Shown in pieces: positions 1 through 8,945 of a DNA stretch of 64,000 nt. Under the pieces are notes generated by a model. That model did no database searches and was not told the origin of the DNA. It worked only from the letters and a program-made list of their open reading frames with translations. Source of the DNA: Calditrichales bacterium (GTDB taxonomy: Bacteria > Calditrichota > Calditrichia > Calditrichales > J004); the NCBI GenBank assembly GCA_965267575.1, contig OZ254086.1, positions 3,328,001 through 3,392,000 on the forward strand, given 5' to 3'. Every line of letters starts with the position of its first letter. Position 1 is the stretch's first letter. Both the position numbers and the translations under genes were made by a program.

Positions 1-1743
1 GTTGATGACGTAAAGCTGCTGGACGTTGACCCCGGCCCGGAGATGAACCGGACGGTTGTAACCTTCATCGGGACACCAGGGGGCGTTAAGATTGCCGCCT
101 TTAATGCCATCAAGAAGGCTGCTGAACTGATTGATATGTCCAAACATAAAGGCTCCCATCCGCGCATGGGGGCTACCGATGTATGTCCGTTTGTGCCGGT
201 TAGCAGCGTCAGCGTTGAAGAGTGTGTGGAGTTGTCCAAAGAGGTTGCCCGTCGCGTAGCTGAAGAGCTGTCCATACCCGTGTATCTGTACGAAAAATCG
301 GCACAGAGTCCGGACAGGCAAAACCTGGCTGTGATCCGCCAGGGCGAATATGAAGGTCTGGAAGAAAAGCTGAAACTGGAAAAATGGAAACCGGATTTTG
401 GCGCGGCCAAATTTAATGCACGTTCCGGCGCTACTGTAATGGGCGTCCGGGAATTTCTGATAGCCTATAACATTTCGCTGAATACGCGCGATAAACTTCA
501 CGCCACCGATATCGCATTCGAACTACGGGAAAAAGGACGCTCCTGTCGCACGGGCAGTGACAATGTTTTTTATTACAAGAAGCCCAATATTCTGAAATAC
601 GAAAAAGGACACTATCCCTGTGGCAGTGATGATTTTGTTGGCAAAACCATGGATGAGACCATCGCACATTGCAGTAAAGAGCATGGCTATGACCTCGCCG
701 AACTGCTGTGGGCACACGGTGTAAATCCGCAAAAAGCGGAAGGCCAATCGGTTAAGAAGCCCGGCAAATTTAAACAATGCAAAGCCATTGGCTGGTATGT
801 GCCGGAATACGATCGCGCGCAAATAAGCATTAACCTGACCAATTACAAAGAAACGTCCATGCACGATGTCCTGGAAGAAGCGCGGCGGCTGGCGGCGGAA
901 CGTGGTCTTGCCGTAACCGGCAGCGAAATCGTCGGGCTGGTGCCGTTTGATGCGTTGCTGGACAGCGGTACCTTCTATCTGCGCCGGCAGCAACGCTCGG
1001 TTGGTATCCCCGTGCGTGATATTCTGAATACGGCAGTGCAGTCTCTGGGGCTTAACGATGTGTCGCCCTTTAAACTGGAAGAGCGTGTTCTTGGAATGCC
1101 GGACATTAAAGAAGGCACGCTGGCTGCCATGACTGTGCACGGTTTTGTTGATGAGGTATCGAGGGAATCTCCGGCGCCGGGCGGCGGTTCGGTTGCAGCC
1201 CTTGCCGGCGCGGTGGGAGCGGCTCTCTCTTCGATGGTGGCTAATCTCAGCTCCAATACCCGCGGCACCGAAGAAGCGGACCAGCCGCTGAACGAAGCCG
1301 CGGAATTATGCCAGGAAATCAAGCAAAACCTGCTCCATGCGATTGATGCCGATACGGACGCATTCAACGCCTATATGGATGCGCGACGCATGCCGCAAAA
1401 CAGCCCGGAAGAAAGCGACGCGCGTAACAAAGCCATGCAGGATGGTTTGAAACAGGCGGTAGCCGTACCCATGAATACGGCCCGTCAAAGCTTCCGCGCC
1501 ATTAAGGTGGCGGAAACTGTAATCAAGTATGGCAACCCGGCCTCCAGCTCGGATGTGGCCGTTGGCGCGCAAATGGCCTTCGCGGGAGTTAAGGGCGGTG
1601 TTTTCAATGTTTTAATCAACCTGAAAGACATTGAAGACAAAGCCTTTGTAGATGAAATGGAAAAGCGCTGCAAAGCTTTGGAGAGCGACAGCGTTACGGC
1701 ATTACAGAATGTGATGGAATCTGTCAAAAAATTAATTCAATAG
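1..1743 (+). CDS. ftcD: Glutamate formiminotransferase / formiminotetrahydrofolate cyclodeaminase fusion (5'-truncated by the window edge)
   Basis: Frame is open from base 1 (VDDVKLLDVDPGPEMNRTVVTF). Motifs HPRMGATDVCPFVP, IRQGEYEG, SEIVGLVP and cyclodeaminase SPAPGGGSVAAL. Confidence 0.93.
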   Translation, partial: VDDVKLLDVDPGPEMNRTVVTFIGTPGGVKIAAFNAIKKAAELIDMSKHKGSHPRMGATDVCPFVPVSSVSVEECVELSKEVARRVAEELSIPVYLYEKSAQSPDRQNLAVIRQGEYEGLEEKLKLEKWKPDFGAAKFNARSGATVMGVREFLIAYNISLNTRDKLHATDIAFELREKGRSCRTGSDNVFYYKKPNILKYEKGHYPCGSDDFVGKTMDETIAHCSKEHGYDLAELLWAHGVNPQKAEGQSVKKPGKFKQCKAIGWYVPEYDRAQISINLTNYKETSMHDVLEEARRLAAERGLAVTGSEIVGLVPFDALLDSGTFYLRRQQRSVGIPVRDILNTAVQSLGLNDVSPFKLEERVLGMPDIKEGTLAAMTVHGFVDEVSRESPAPGGGSVAALAGAVGAALSSMVANLSSNTRGTEEADQPLNEAAELCQEIKQNLLHAIDADTDAFNAYMDARRMPQNSPEESDARNKAMQDGLKQAVAVPMNTARQSFRAIKVAETVIKYGNPASSSDVAVGAQMAFAGVKGGVFNVLINLKDIEDKAFVDEMEKRCKALESDSVTALQNVMESVKKLIQ

Positions 1744-1755
1744 AAAAGTATTAAT

Positions 1756-2343
1756 ATGTCAGTTGAAAAGATTATTGAGCAAAAAGAGGCGCAACTTAAG
1801 AAGCAAACCTACATTGTTTTCAGCGATGCTGAAATCCAGGAATTGCGTATGAATGAAGTGCGCCATATAGTGGCTCATTTTGGCGGTCACACCTTGATGC
1901 GCCTGCCGCAAAAGGAGATCAACTTTTTTGAGTGGCTGAAAAAAGAAGACCCGCCCGTGTGGGATGACCTTTGGGCGGGTGAAGAAAATATGTACCAGGT
2001 AAGTGTAGACCTGCTGCCCCAATTTTTGCGCGAGAAAAACGGCTTTCCCATTTGCGATCTGGAACAGGAAGATAATTACTATTTTACCGACCGTCATATT
2101 AAACCCGCCGGCAAGGAACAGCTTCAACTTATTCTGGAAAAAACCGAGCGTAATGAAAAGCTGAAGGTGGATGAACTGCTGCTTTTTGAATTACAAATTG
2201 CTCCCATCGACATCTGGCATTTCGCCCATCGTTACGGTTTGCCGCTAAAACGGCTTAAAGAGGTTATCTCCGATATGGTCTATAAAGGCTGGATCGTTCA
2301 CCTGACCGACCGCGAAGACCTCCTCAAATACATTGATGTTTAG
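1756..2343 (+). CDS. Hypothetical protein, possible C-terminal winged helix
   Basis: 195-aa ORF starting 12 nt after ftcD; no family recognised. Confidence 0.7.
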   Translation: MSVEKIIEQKEAQLKKQTYIVFSDAEIQELRMNEVRHIVAHFGGHTLMRLPQKEINFFEWLKKEDPPVWDDLWAGEENMYQVSVDLLPQFLREKNGFPICDLEQEDNYYFTDRHIKPAGKEQLQLILEKTERNEKLKVDELLLFELQIAPIDIWHFAHRYGLPLKRLKEVISDMVYKGWIVHLTDREDLLKYIDV

Positions 2344-3821
2344 CCGTGCATGACCAGGCCGGCGATGATGTAGAATGCGGCCGCGATCGTGCCGGCTGTC
2401 AGCGCATAGGGTAGCTGCGTTTTTACATGATCGATGTGGTCGCTGGCCGAAGCCATGGAAGATATGATCGTTGTATCTGAGATCGGCGAACAGTGATCTC
2501 CAAAAACCCCGCCACCGAGAACAGCGGCAATTGCTAAAGGCAACGACACATCCATCGTTTGGGCCATTGGCACGGCGATACTGATCATAATGGCGAACGT
2601 GCCCCAGGATGTTCCCGTGGAAAATGCGATCAAGCAGCTGATTGAAAAAATAATGACCGGTACAAAGGCGGGATTGAGCCAGAGCTGAGCCATCTCCGCG
2701 GCGTATTGCCCGGCACCCAGTTTTTTGCTTACCGCGCCGATGGCGAAGGCCAGCATCATAAGGAGGGCCAGGGGAATCAAACCGCTGATACCTTTGAAGG
2801 TCAGATCCACCAGCTCTTTCAAATCGAATATGCCCTGGATCTTATACATAATGCCTGCCACGAAGAGCGACGTAATTACAGCCCATAATACCGCGCTGGA
2901 GCCCGAACCGTTGCCCAAAGCCAGCAGCAGCGTTCCGGCAAAGCTTTCACCTATGCCTTCTTCCGGCCAGCCGCTGAAAAGAAGTCCTACAGGCATCATA
3001 CCTACCATTACGGCGATTGGTACAATCATATTGCGCGCTTTTTGCTTAACATCTTTTTTGGGCTCAAGGGATACAATTTCATCTGACAACATCGGGGTGG
3101 CGCCATCGGCAAGCAGCTTGCCTTCGGTTTTCGCGCGTTTCTCCGCCTGCTTCATCGGGCCGTAATCTTTCTGGCTGATAATAATGATCAACAAAAGGCC
3201 CATGGCCAGGAAAGGATAAAAATTCAACGGGTAAGACGATAGCATTAAACTCAACGGATCACTGATGCCGAGAGCCAGCAGCAGACCCATGATGTAGGCG
3301 CCCCAGGCATTTAGCGGAATCAGAATACAGGTAGGTGCTGAAATGGAATCGGCCAGGTAGGCCAGCTTTTCCCGGGGAATTTTCAGCTTGTCAAAAAGCG
3401 GCCGGTATATCGCGCCAACAGTCAAAACGTTTATGCTGGATTCCACGAAGATGACAAAACCTGTCAGCCAGGCAAAAAGCTGTACACGCCTGCGGTTTTG
3501 CGTTGAATGGGTTTGCTTCTGCTCCAGTTTTTTTGAGATAACTTCCACAAAACCGTGCACACCTCCGGAGCGCTGAATAAAGGCGATAAGCGCCCCAACC
3601 AATGCGCTGAACATAATGGTGCGTGTATTGCCCGCTTCTTTAAAAACATCTACCAAGGCCTGGATCGTGGCCAGCGTGCCGGTCAATGGATGCCAGTCAC
3701 TGAGAATCATCCAGCCCAGCCAAATTCCCAAAAAAAGAGAGACAAAAACCTGACGGGTTTTAATAGCAAGAATAATAGCGCCCAGGGCGGGCAGCAGAGA
3801 CAGTATGCCGTAGTGTTCCAA
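2340..3821 (-). CDS. Na+/H+ antiporter NhaC-family transporter
   Basis: Polytopic membrane protein; motifs REKLAYLADS, FSTGTSWGTF, GGVFGDHCSPISDTTIISS, HIDHVKTQLPY. Confidence 0.88.
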   Translation of the reverse strand: MEHYGILSLLPALGAIILAIKTRQVFVSLFLGIWLGWMILSDWHPLTGTLATIQALVDVFKEAGNTRTIMFSALVGALIAFIQRSGGVHGFVEVISKKLEQKQTHSTQNRRRVQLFAWLTGFVIFVESSINVLTVGAIYRPLFDKLKIPREKLAYLADSISAPTCILIPLNAWGAYIMGLLLALGISDPLSLMLSSYPLNFYPFLAMGLLLIIIISQKDYGPMKQAEKRAKTEGKLLADGATPMLSDEIVSLEPKKDVKQKARNMIVPIAVMVGMMPVGLLFSGWPEEGIGESFAGTLLLALGNGSGSSAVLWAVITSLFVAGIMYKIQGIFDLKELVDLTFKGISGLIPLALLMMLAFAIGAVSKKLGAGQYAAEMAQLWLNPAFVPVIIFSISCLIAFSTGTSWGTFAIMISIAVPMAQTMDVSLPLAIAAVLGGGVFGDHCSPISDTTIISSMASASDHIDHVKTQLPYALTAGTIAAAFYIIAGLVMHG

Positions 3822-3965
3822 AATGAAGCTCCCGGTTTTTAGTTAAAAGGCTACGTCAACATAAACAAAAAGAAGACACGACGGTATTTGTTTTTTAATA
3901 GGCATATTGCTAAAATCAAAATGGTATTAAAAGCAAATTTCTAACGCTAAGAGAAAGGCAATCTT

Positions 3966-5036
3966 ATGAAAACATTGTCCCGGATTGAAAAATATGGTCA
4001 CGAGCAGGTTGTTTTTTGTCATGATAAGGCGACAGGGCTGCGGGCGATCATTGCCATTCATAATACGGTGCTGGGCCCGGCGTTGGGCGGCTGCCGCATG
4101 TGGCCGTTTCAAAGTGAAGAAGAAGCAATTGAGGATGCGCTGCGTCTTTCCCGCGGCATGACCTACAAGAATGCTGCAGCCGGTCTTAATCTGGGTGGCG
4201 GAAAAGCGGTTATTATCGGTGATCCCAAAAAGGACAAATCCGAAGCACTGTTCCGCGCCTTCGGGCAGTTTGTACAGAGCCTCGGTGGTCGGTATATCAC
4301 TGCCGAAGATGTAGGCACAAGCGTACAGGACATGGAAGCAATTAAAATGGAAACTAACTTTGTTGCCGGACTTCCCGTAATGCTGGGCGGTTCAGGTGAT
4401 CCGTCGCCTTTTACCGCTCTGGGCACTTTCCAGGGTATCAGAGCTGCCGTGAAATACAAGCTTAAAAAAGACAAGCTCAAGGGGCTGACGGTTGCTGTTC
4501 AGGGACTAGGCCACGTGGGCTATCATCTCTGCAAGATGCTGCATAGTGCCGGCGCTCAGCTTATCGTTGCCGATATTGACTCCGAAAAAGCGGCTCAGAT
4601 TGAGAAGGAGTTTAATGCCCGAGTCGTGAACGACGCCGAGATTATCAGTGCCGATGCCGATGTTTTTGCCCCGTGTGCCCTTGGCGCTGTTGTCAACGAT
4701 GAGACAATCGATAAATTTAAAACACCAATTATTGCCGGTGCCGCAAATAATGTTCTTTTAGAAGAAAGCCACGGCAGCCAGCTTCGCGAAAGATCGATCC
4801 TGTATGCTCCGGATTACATTATTAACGCTGGGGGCGTCATAAACGTCTATTTTGAAGTTTTGCATGAATACAATGAATCGAAGGTGACCAATAAAGTGAA
4901 AGATATTTACAATATTCTTTTAGAAATCTTTCGCATTTCCGATGAGGAAAATATATCGACTACGACGGCGGCATCGCGCTTTGCCGAACGGCGGGTGGAG
5001 ATTATTTCCAAGATCCACCAGAAATATTTCCGTTGA
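3966..5036 (+). CDS. Leucine dehydrogenase (Glu/Leu/Phe/Val dehydrogenase family)
   Basis: LGPALGGCR, LSRGMTYKNAAAGLNLGGGKAVI, YITAEDVGT, QGLGHVG, APDYIINAGG. Confidence 0.93.
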   Translation: MKTLSRIEKYGHEQVVFCHDKATGLRAIIAIHNTVLGPALGGCRMWPFQSEEEAIEDALRLSRGMTYKNAAAGLNLGGGKAVIIGDPKKDKSEALFRAFGQFVQSLGGRYITAEDVGTSVQDMEAIKMETNFVAGLPVMLGGSGDPSPFTALGTFQGIRAAVKYKLKKDKLKGLTVAVQGLGHVGYHLCKMLHSAGAQLIVADIDSEKAAQIEKEFNARVVNDAEIISADADVFAPCALGAVVNDETIDKFKTPIIAGAANNVLLEESHGSQLRERSILYAPDYIINAGGVINVYFEVLHEYNESKVTNKVKDIYNILLEIFRISDEENISTTTAASRFAERRVEIISKIHQKYFR

Positions 5037-5135
5037 TGGACGGTAAGATATCTGCCACTTGATGTCGTAAAGTAATATCGATGTTTAGGAATCCGAAGCT
5101 TAGATTACTAGACAGACTAGGGAAGGCAGATATAT

Positions 5136-5474
5136 ATGGTACAAACTGAACTCATGAATTACGATGAAGCCATAGAAAGGCTTGGCGGAGATGAGGAGTT
5201 TCTTGTTGAGCTTCTTGAAGAGCTGTTGAATCAGCTTAATACAAATCTCAGTGAAATTAAAGAAGCCATAGAAAACAGGGACTACAAGACTCTGAAGCTT
5301 ATTTCTCACAGCCTGAAAGGTGCTTCCGCCAACCTCAACGTAACCCGCATGGCCGAGCATTTTCTGAGGCTGGAAAATTTGGGCGCTGAGGGTAGTGTGG
5401 ATGGTGCCGATGAGCTTTATCATCAAGTGACAATTGACAGGGACGAGTTGGCGGAGTTGCTAAATAAAAACTGA
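5136..5474 (+). CDS. Stand-alone Hpt (histidine phosphotransfer) protein
   Basis: SHSLKGASANL phospho-His motif; N-terminal EAIERLGGDEEFL; 112 aa. Confidence 0.9.
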   Translation: MVQTELMNYDEAIERLGGDEEFLVELLEELLNQLNTNLSEIKEAIENRDYKTLKLISHSLKGASANLNVTRMAEHFLRLENLGAEGSVDGADELYHQVTIDRDELAELLNKN

Positions 5475-6194
5475 GTTTTTCTCGGAGACTTCCCGTTCTA
5501 GTTTTTCCTGCAAAATATCAACAGGGGTGGCTGCTGCAAAAACGGCCACCCTTTTGCATTTATGCTGCTTTAGTTGCAAAGCGCAGGCGTTTACGGTCGC
5601 CCCGGTAGTGATAACGTCGTCAACTAAAATAATTTTCATTCCTTCCACGTCTTCATTCACTTTAAATACATCTTTTACATTTAGCTGTCTTTCTTCACGG
5701 CTGAGCTTGGTTTGAGATGATGTGTATTTAGTCCTGACCAAAACATCTTCTTTAAAAGGGATGGAAAATTTTTTGCCTAGCGTAGAGGCTATCCCGGCAC
5801 TTTGATTGTATCCTCGTTCGCGCTTTTTGGCTTTATGCAAGGGAACGCAGGTAATAAGGTCGGCACTGTTCTTTTCAATCGCTTTTTCAAAGCCATCGGC
5901 CAGAAGTGAGCCCATTGAATAAAAACCGTTATATTTCAGCTGGTGCAGCATAAACTGGATTTGCGCGTTGTATTCATATGCAATAAACAAATCATCAAAA
6001 TACGCTTCCGCCATACGTTCCATAAATTTAGCGCGCAATTCCGCGGAGAAAGGCTTTAGCTCAGAGAGGCAATCATTGCAGATCATAGTCTTCCTGTTTG
6101 TAACGCTTTCGTTACAGCGAAGGCAAAGAGGCGGAAAGCAAAAGTTTAGAAAAACTTCTGATATTTCACGGAAGTGTACGAATAATTTATTCAT
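5460..6194 (-). CDS. comF: ComF-family protein (double zinc ribbon + PRTase)
   Basis: FPPLCLRC..ICNDC, VPLH..KKRERGYNQS, ILVDDVITTGAT. Confidence 0.9.
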   Translation of the reverse strand: MNKLFVHFREISEVFLNFCFPPLCLRCNESVTNRKTMICNDCLSELKPFSAELRAKFMERMAEAYFDDLFIAYEYNAQIQFMLHQLKYNGFYSMGSLLADGFEKAIEKNSADLITCVPLHKAKKRERGYNQSAGIASTLGKKFSIPFKEDVLVRTKYTSSQTKLSREERQLNVKDVFKVNEDVEGMKIILVDDVITTGATVNACALQLKQHKCKRVAVFAAATPVDILQEKLEREVSEKNSVFI

Positions 6195-6405
6195 TTCTTG
6201 AATTGAGTTTTTTTTCTAAAGTTTTTTGATCAGAAATGCTCTTCCGTCTTTAAAAGTGGTGAAAACTAACACACTGTGATGACGAAAACCAGAACTTTTT
6301 TCCATTATTGTTATTGCTAAAAGATGAAATTTTAAATGAAATTACGAGTATAAAATCAATTAAAACAATAGCTTACCAGGTGTCGAAAGTATAGCGAACC
6401 CAAAA

Positions 6406-6422
6406 CTGGCATGGTACGTGCA
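6406..6422 (+). promoter_or_regulatory. Putative sigma54 (-24/-12) promoter of fliA
   Basis: CTGGCATGGTACGTGCA with GG at 6408-09 and GC at 6420-21 (canonical spacing). IHF-like AAACAATAGCTTA at 6363-6375. Confidence 0.65.
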
Positions 6423-6463
6423 TATTTACGCCCAAAAATAGAAACATCATGAAGGGGGCAACC

Positions 6464-7225
6464 ATGCAGCAAGTACAGACCAGTGACGCTATATGGCATG
6501 AATTCAAAGTCAACAACAGTTCTACTTATCGGCAGGAATTGATTCTTCGTTACCATGGACTTGTAAAATATGTTGTCCGGAAAATGATTAAGAATTTTCC
6601 GCAGGCTATTGAGGAATCGGATTTGCATCAGATTGGCGTACTGGGTTTGTGCGAAGCGATCGAGCGTTTTGACCCTGCTTATGGCATTAAATTCGAAACC
6701 TACGCTATCCCCCGTATAAAAGGTTCCATCATTGACGAGTTGAGAAAACTGGACTGGGTGCCGCGTTCATTGCGCGCCAAGCTCAATAACATGAAAGAAA
6801 AAGCCGTTGAGATGGATCAGAAGTTCTCCGGCAACTACACAGATACTGAAATGGCCAACGGATTGGGCATTGACGTAAATGATCTTCATAACTGGAAAAA
6901 AGATGTCAATGCGGTAAATCTATATTCCCTGGATAAGCCGATTGATGATTCCAACAAACAAAACCTTTACGACGTTATTGAGGATTTTGAATACGTAAAT
7001 GCAAACGATCAAATGGAAGATGATGAAATGAAAAGAGTACTTCTTAAGGCCATCAAAAAATTGCCGGAAAAAACACGCCTGGCAATTACTCTCTATTATT
7101 ACGAAAAGCTTACTTTCAAGGAAATTGGTAAGATCCTTAACGTCTCCGAATCACGTATTTCTCAGATACACTCAGAAACAATGAGCAAGCTGAAAAAAGA
7201 AATTAACAAAATGATCTATGCCTGA
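6464..7225 (+). CDS. fliA: FliA/WhiG-family RNA polymerase sigma-28 factor
   Basis: DLHQIGVLGLCEAIERFDP, FETYAIPRIKGSIIDELRKLDWVPRSLR, YYYEKLTFKEIGKILNVSESRISQIH. Start chosen at the ATG after the GAAGGGGG SD (alternative 6449). Confidence 0.93.
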   Translation: MQQVQTSDAIWHEFKVNNSSTYRQELILRYHGLVKYVVRKMIKNFPQAIEESDLHQIGVLGLCEAIERFDPAYGIKFETYAIPRIKGSIIDELRKLDWVPRSLRAKLNNMKEKAVEMDQKFSGNYTDTEMANGLGIDVNDLHNWKKDVNAVNLYSLDKPIDDSNKQNLYDVIEDFEYVNANDQMEDDEMKRVLLKAIKKLPEKTRLAITLYYYEKLTFKEIGKILNVSESRISQIHSETMSKLKKEINKMIYA

Positions 7226-7248
7226 GCCTTTTCAGGCATAGATTTTTT
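7214..7248 (+). terminator. Intrinsic terminator after fliA
   Basis: 12-bp stem ATCTATGCCTGA / TCAGGCATAGAT, 6-nt loop, followed by a T-tract. Confidence 0.8.
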
Positions 7249-7328
7249 ATTTCCCGCCTTTAGCCTATTACTTTTTGTCCGTAAATTACAGCTACAATCT
7301 GTTACACTTACCAGAGCAAAGGGAAGGT

Positions 7329-8471
7329 ATGTCTGAAGAAAGCGCCCGACCACGGATATTGGTTGTAGATGATAATAAAGAAAACGTCGACCTGATTAAG
7401 TATTTTTTAAAATCACATAATTATCAAATAGAAAAGGCCTATGACGGCGAAGAAGCTCTTGAAATGGCCGGCAAAGTGCGTCCGGATTTGATATTGCTTG
7501 ACGTCATGCTGCCTAAAATGAATGGTTTTGATGTCTGTAAAACCCTTAAAAAAAGTACCAGCACAAGTTTTATCCCGGTTATAATGATCACGGCGCTTAA
7601 AGAGCTAAAAGATAAAATACAGGCTCTTGAGGCCGGCGCAGATGATTTTATCTCAAAGCCCTTTGAAAACGTTGAGTTACTCACACGCGTAAAATCCCTA
7701 TTGCGTATTAAGCACTATCATGATGAATTGCAGCAGAAAAACAGGGAACTGATGCGCATGGATCAGTTTAAGGATGAACTCGTCCACCTGATTGTACACG
7801 ATATGAAAAACCCCATTTTTGTAATCCAGGGAAACTTGCAGATGATGGGGATGGGCATGAATGATGCATCGGCATTGAATTTTAAAAAATATGTTGACAG
7901 GATTGATCGGAGTACACAGGCTCTTCTTAAAATGGTAATGAACCTTGTCGATATCTCCAAGTTCGAATCCGGGAAAATGAAGGTCACCAAGGAAGTAGTA
8001 CAGATAAAGCAGCTGCTGGAATTTTCTGTAAAAAAGGCACACGACCTGCCCGAGAACGCAAACAAAAGGATCAATTTAAAAGTACCGGCTGATATTGTTA
8101 AAGTTTATATAGACCAATCTATCATTGAACGCGTTTTCGAGAATGTGCTTGCCTTTTCAGCCTCCAATACCGGTGCGGAGGGTGAGGTAACCGTTGAGCT
8201 GGTTACGGAAGGAAACGAGCATGTCATTAAAATTCGTGACAATGGTACGCAGATACCTGCCAAATTCCGCGAAGCCATTTTTGACAAGTACAGCCAGGTT
8301 GAAATCAAAAACGAAGGATACCGAGTGGGACGCGGTTTAGGCTTTACTTTCAGCCGCTTAGCAATGGAAGTCCATGACGGAGATATCTATCTGGACAAAA
8401 CGGCCACTGCAGGCAATTGTTTTGTAATTCGTTTTCCCAAGTATGAAAAACGGCAAACTGAACATAACTGA
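7329..8471 (+). CDS. Cytoplasmic hybrid REC-HisKA-HATPase protein
   Basis: REC motifs VVDD, LLDVMLP, SKPF; H-box IVHDMKNP; G2 box GRGLG. ATG at 7329 follows GGGAAGGT. Confidence 0.9.
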   Translation: MSEESARPRILVVDDNKENVDLIKYFLKSHNYQIEKAYDGEEALEMAGKVRPDLILLDVMLPKMNGFDVCKTLKKSTSTSFIPVIMITALKELKDKIQALEAGADDFISKPFENVELLTRVKSLLRIKHYHDELQQKNRELMRMDQFKDELVHLIVHDMKNPIFVIQGNLQMMGMGMNDASALNFKKYVDRIDRSTQALLKMVMNLVDISKFESGKMKVTKEVVQIKQLLEFSVKKAHDLPENANKRINLKVPADIVKVYIDQSIIERVFENVLAFSASNTGAEGEVTVELVTEGNEHVIKIRDNGTQIPAKFREAIFDKYSQVEIKNEGYRVGRGLGFTFSRLAMEVHDGDIYLDKTATAGNCFVIRFPKYEKRQTEHN

Positions 8472-8491
8472 TATGCTATTTTTTTGACTGT

Positions 8492-8518
8492 TAAAGTTCT
8501 CGGGCTCCAAACCGAAAG
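8492..8518 (+). promoter_or_regulatory. Putative sigma28 promoter
   Basis: TAAA(GTT)-N15-ACCGAAAG versus consensus TAAA-N15-GCCGATAA; ends 42 nt before the FlgM-like ORF. Confidence 0.6.
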
Positions 8519-8560
8519 TAGTAAGATCACAATGAATATGTTTCCGCGGACAAGAGGTGT

Positions 8561-8734
8561 ATGGAGCACAAAAAAAAGGCTAAAGTTGTGAACAAAGCGA
8601 CCGGCAACGACCTTGAAAAACAAAAAATCGATTTAGTGAAATTGAGAATAAAAAACAGATTTTATGAGCGTGATGAAGTTTTTGAGCGTGTAGTAGAAGA
8701 AATTCTGAACCGCACAATAAAACCCAAAAATTAA
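8561..8734 (+). CDS. Small FlgM-like anti-sigma28 protein (57 aa, absent from the ORF track)
   Basis: MEHKKKAKVVNKATGNDLEKQKIDLVKLRIKNRFYERDEVFERVVEEILNRTIKPKN; SD GAGGT. C-terminal half fits the FlgM pattern K(I/V)xx(I/V)KxxIxxxxY...vxeeil. Confidence 0.68.
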   Translation: MEHKKKAKVVNKATGNDLEKQKIDLVKLRIKNRFYERDEVFERVVEEILNRTIKPKN

Positions 8735-8816
8735 TTACTTAAAACCTTACCTCTTTTTAGAGCCTTCCTGGCAAACTTATTTTTATTATTGCCTTCCAGA
8801 ATTTCCTTTTTAAAAA

Positions 8817-8845
8817 TTGACAGAAATCACATTTTGAAGCATATT
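8817..8845 (+). promoter_or_regulatory. Possible sigma70 promoter of the TonB receptor gene
   Basis: TTGACA-N17-CATATT. Confidence 0.4.
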
Positions 8846-8945
8846 TAATTGTAGGAAAGTTATGCAATTTCCACTTACGGAGAAACTGCATTTCATCCCG
8901 GGTATGTCGCTTTATTAATCAACAAACTTAACTCAGGAGGTCGTT

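Noticed and set aside
5041..5135. Possible sigma28 promoter for the Hpt gene (TAAAGT...TCCGAAG)
   Set aside because: Spacing between the elements is about 5 nt too long.
8387..8623. 78-aa minus-strand ORF
   Set aside because: Overlaps the kinase 3' end and the better-supported FlgM-like ORF; no family signal.
8846..8945. Possible riboswitch ahead of the TonB receptor
   Set aside because: Only an imperfect hairpin; no TPP (CUGAGA) or cobalamin consensus visible.
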